Below the pieces are notes generated by a model. That model saw nothing but the letters and a program-made list of their open reading frames with translations, did not search any database and was not told the origin of the DNA. Below are positions 5,807-7,827 of a stretch of DNA of 7,827 bases, piece after piece. The DNA is from a virus (Duplodnaviria > Heunggongvirae > Uroviricota > Caudoviricetes). The position numbers and the translations under genes were made by a program. The stretch lies in the IMG/VR virus record IMGVR_UViG_2778261572_000001, positions 1 through 7,827 of that record; one strand, written 5' to 3'. Numbering within the stretch: the stretch's first letter is position 1; each line of letters opens with the position of its first letter.

Positions 5807-6672
5807 ATGAGAACGTATATTAAAGAGTTGAGATGGGGTAATTTTATCCTGCTCAGAGGTGATATGATTTCTAATTATGCTTCAAATTATGGGGAATGGT
5901 GCGAGGTTGAGGTTGACTTATACAAAACATTATTATCAGAAGGTAGTAATGTTATAGAGATAGGTGCAAACATAGGACTGCATACAATTCCATTGTCAAA
6001 AATTTGTGGTAAAGGGAGCATAATATGCTTTGAACCGCAACCACCAATATTTAACATGTTATGTGGTAATTTGGCTATAAATAATATATTGAATGTTATG
6101 CCATATAACAAAGCTGTTGGAGATAGGTGTGGTAGTGTTGTAATTCCTGTGTCTTCGTATGATAAACCATGGAATTATGGTTCATTTTCAATTGAAAAAG
6201 GTTATAATAGTGAAGGTGATTATGATGCCAGCCCAGCCCAGCCCAGCAATGCATTGATCTAATCACAATAGATGCATTTACGGAATCAACGGGCTTGAAA
6301 GTTGATTTTATTAAAATAGATGTTGAAGGCTATGAACTAAACTGTATTCGCGGGGCCGTAAACACAATAAAGGATAACAGACCAGCAATATTTTGTGAAG
6401 CCATTAATAAAAATATTACAAATGAGGTTGTGTCTTTTTTATCAGATCTTGGTTATGAAGGTTTTTGGTTCATTGGAAACAGATATAGACAAGATAACTT
6501 TTTTGCATGTCCTGGACAAATCTATAATAAATTGAGTTATGATGTTAATATTATCTTCATTCATAAAGAGGACAGGGGGGGATCGAGAAATCTATGTAGA
6601 GAAAGGCTTAAAAGATTCGAGTATTTTGAGCAATTACATGAAGGGATAACTGTTCTGAATTCATATCCTTAA
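5807..6672 (+). pseudogene. FkbM-family (Methyltransf_21) SAM-dependent methyltransferase, frameshifted at a pentanucleotide repeat
   Basis: The N-terminal ORF 5807-6262 carries the VIEIGANIG glycine-rich SAM-binding motif and the ICFEP motif. The C-terminal reading frame is open from 6226 to 6672 and carries KVDFIKIDVEGYEL. The two frames meet at the repeat at 6227-6247; deleting one 5-nt unit gives a single ORF of about 286 aa. A strong RBS (AGGAG at 5796-5800) precedes ATG 5807. The region is markedly AT-rich, roughly one-third GC by eye. Confidence 0.7.
6227..6247. repeat. pentanucleotide tandem repeat GCCAG(CCCAG)3C
   Basis: Read directly from the sequence. It forms a GC-rich island inside an AT-rich gene, exactly at the frame break of the methyltransferase. 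Confidence 0.9.
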
Positions 6673-6697
6673 AAATATCTGTATTACTTCATGTTAG

Positions 6698-6750
6698 CAG
6701 ATAAACCAATTCCGAACATTGGGGTTGGTTTATCTGTATTTATGTTTTAT
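6698..6750 (+). terminator. candidate intrinsic terminator after the methyltransferase gene
   Basis: A perfect 12-bp inverted repeat, CAGATAAACCAA (6698-6709) and TTGGTTTATCTG (6725-6736), is followed by a T-rich tract (TATTTATGTTTTAT). Confidence 0.45.
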
Positions 6751-6814
6751 CATTAGAATAAAGCCAGTCTGAACAACTGGCATCTGCTGCACTGCGCCAT
6801 AGAGAGATTAATAA

Positions 6815-7414
6815 ATGGCGCATATACAACTGGTCAAACATACTTCTTCTGGTTTACTTCTCCCGGCGACGCCGGAGAGTTGCGATTTTTTGCATCAAAT
6901 CAAAATAGGTGAGTGGATACACGCAGACTTTAAGCGTGTGCGTAACTACGCATTCCACAAGCGTTTTTTCAAACTCCTGCAACTGGGATTCGATTACTGG
7001 ACTCCGGTCGGTGGGGCGATCACGCCTCGCGAACGAAAACTGGTATCAGGCTTCGTTGATTACCTGTGCGAATCAGTAGGTCGGGAACACACTCCAGCCC
7101 TGAGTGATGCCGCAGAGCAATACCTTAATACAGTTGCGACATGCAGAACCCGGGATACGGCATTGCTAAAGTCGTTTGACGCTTTCCGCGAGTGGGTAAC
7201 CATTCAGGCCGGATTTTACACCGAGCATATTTATCCGGACGGTAGCCGCGGGCGTCGAGCGAAATCCATCGCGTTTGCGAATATGGACGAAACCGAGTTT
7301 CAGCAGGTTTATAAATCTGTGCTGAATGTGCTGTGGAACTGGATCCTGTTCCGTAAATTTTCCTCTCCGGAACAAGTCGAAAATGTGGCCGCGCAGCTAC
7401 TGGAGTTTGCGTAA
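6815..7414 (+). CDS. DUF1367-like prophage nin-region protein, 199 aa
   Basis: ATG 6815 follows the terminator-like hairpin, and the stop overlaps the next start as TAATG. The family assignment is from memory of proteins of this size preceding DUF1364/YbcO genes in lambdoid prophages and was not verified. Confidence 0.55.
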   Translation: MAHIQLVKHTSSGLLLPATPESCDFLHQIKIGEWIHADFKRVRNYAFHKRFFKLLQLGFDYWTPVGGAITPRERKLVSGFVDYLCESVGREHTPALSDAAEQYLNTVATCRTRDTALLKSFDAFREWVTIQAGFYTEHIYPDGSRGRRAKSIAFANMDETEFQQVYKSVLNVLWNWILFRKFSSPEQVENVAAQLLEFA

Positions 7415-7704
7415 TGGTGAATTTACGTAAAGCGGCGCGGGGCCAGATGTGCCAGGTCAGAATCCCTGGATACTGCAATCATAATCCTGAAACGTCTGTG
7501 CTGGCGCATTACCGACTGGCGGGAACGTGTGGAACGGCGATAAAACCACACGATATGCAGGCAGCGATTGCCTGTAGCTCGTGCCACGATTTAATCGACG
7601 GGCGGGTAAAAACCAGCGATTACACCAAAGAAGAATTACGCCTGATACATGCAGAAGGTGTTTTTCGCACACAAGAAATCTGGAGAAAGGAAGGTTATTT
7701 ATGA
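7414..7704 (+). CDS. ybcO: YbcO-like (DUF1364) putative zinc-binding nuclease, 96 aa
   Basis: The translation MVNLRKAARGQMCQVRIPGYCNHNPETSVLAH...CSSCHDLIDGR matches my recollection of the YbcO family, including the N-terminal LRKAARG motif and the Cys cluster. It is coupled to the upstream gene (TAATG) and to the downstream gene (ATGA). Confidence 0.65.
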   Translation: MVNLRKAARGQMCQVRIPGYCNHNPETSVLAHYRLAGTCGTAIKPHDMQAAIACSSCHDLIDGRVKTSDYTKEELRLIHAEGVFRTQEIWRKEGYL

Positions 7705-7827
7705 TTTACCCAACGAATACAGGAAAAAGCGGAGAACACCTTCGTCTCACCACGCTGGAAAGTGTCTGGATTCAGGGGAAACTGCGTATGTGGGGGCGCT
7801 GGTCGTATATTGGTGGCGGTAAGACGG
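7701..7827 (+). CDS. 5' part of a downstream nin-region gene running off the window; possibly a Q-antiterminator-like protein
   Basis: A strong RBS (AAGGAAGG at 7687-7694) with a 6-nt spacer precedes ATG 7701, and the frame is open to the window end. The motif LRMWGRW loosely resembles the ERWGAW motif near the N-terminus of 82-type Q/QuuD antiterminators; this product guess is weak. Confidence 0.5.
   Translation, partial: MIYPTNTGKSGEHLRLTTLESVWIQGKLRMWGRWSYIGGGKT

Noticed and set aside
5887-6111. Minus-strand 74-aa ORF inside the methyltransferase
   Set aside because: It is an antisense frame within a gene carrying clear methyltransferase motifs and has no RBS.
7125-7672. Minus-strand ORFs (117, 69 and 71 aa) inside the DUF1367-like and YbcO-like genes
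   Set aside because: They are antisense to a coupled plus-strand gene string and have no RBS.
1-7827. Search for CRISPR arrays, tRNA or rRNA genes, integrase or transposase, and att-like direct repeats
   Set aside because: No regularly spaced repeats with spacers, no cloverleaf-compatible sequences, and no recombinase-like translations were seen. The window appears to be interior to the prophage.

Overview
This window reads as the early-right arm of a lambdoid (Rac-like) prophage from an enterobacterial host, all transcribed left to right. No database search was possible, so every product call rests on reading the translations and on remembered family features. From left to right: (1) the end of the immunity region, with the 3' end of a Cro/YdaS-like gene and a 140-aa YdaT-like (CII-like) regulator; (2) an ambiguous 0.6-kb stretch with two mutually exclusive overlapping ORFs on opposite strands; (3) a replication module, with an O-like initiator carrying an iteron-like repeat cluster inside its own coding sequence and a lambda-P-like helicase loader; (4) an accessory region with a tandem winged-helix protein, an Ea22-like protein, a tightly coupled cluster of small uncharacterized genes, a complete hok/mok/sok type I toxin-antitoxin locus, and a low-GC FkbM-family methyltransferase split by a frameshift at a pentanucleotide repeat; (5) the start of a nin-like region with a DUF1367-like gene, a YbcO-like gene and a partial downstream gene. 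The best candidates for undescribed biology are the repeat-interrupted methyltransferase (5807-6672) and the small-gene cluster (4323-5315). No tRNA, rRNA, CRISPR array, integrase or transposase was seen.
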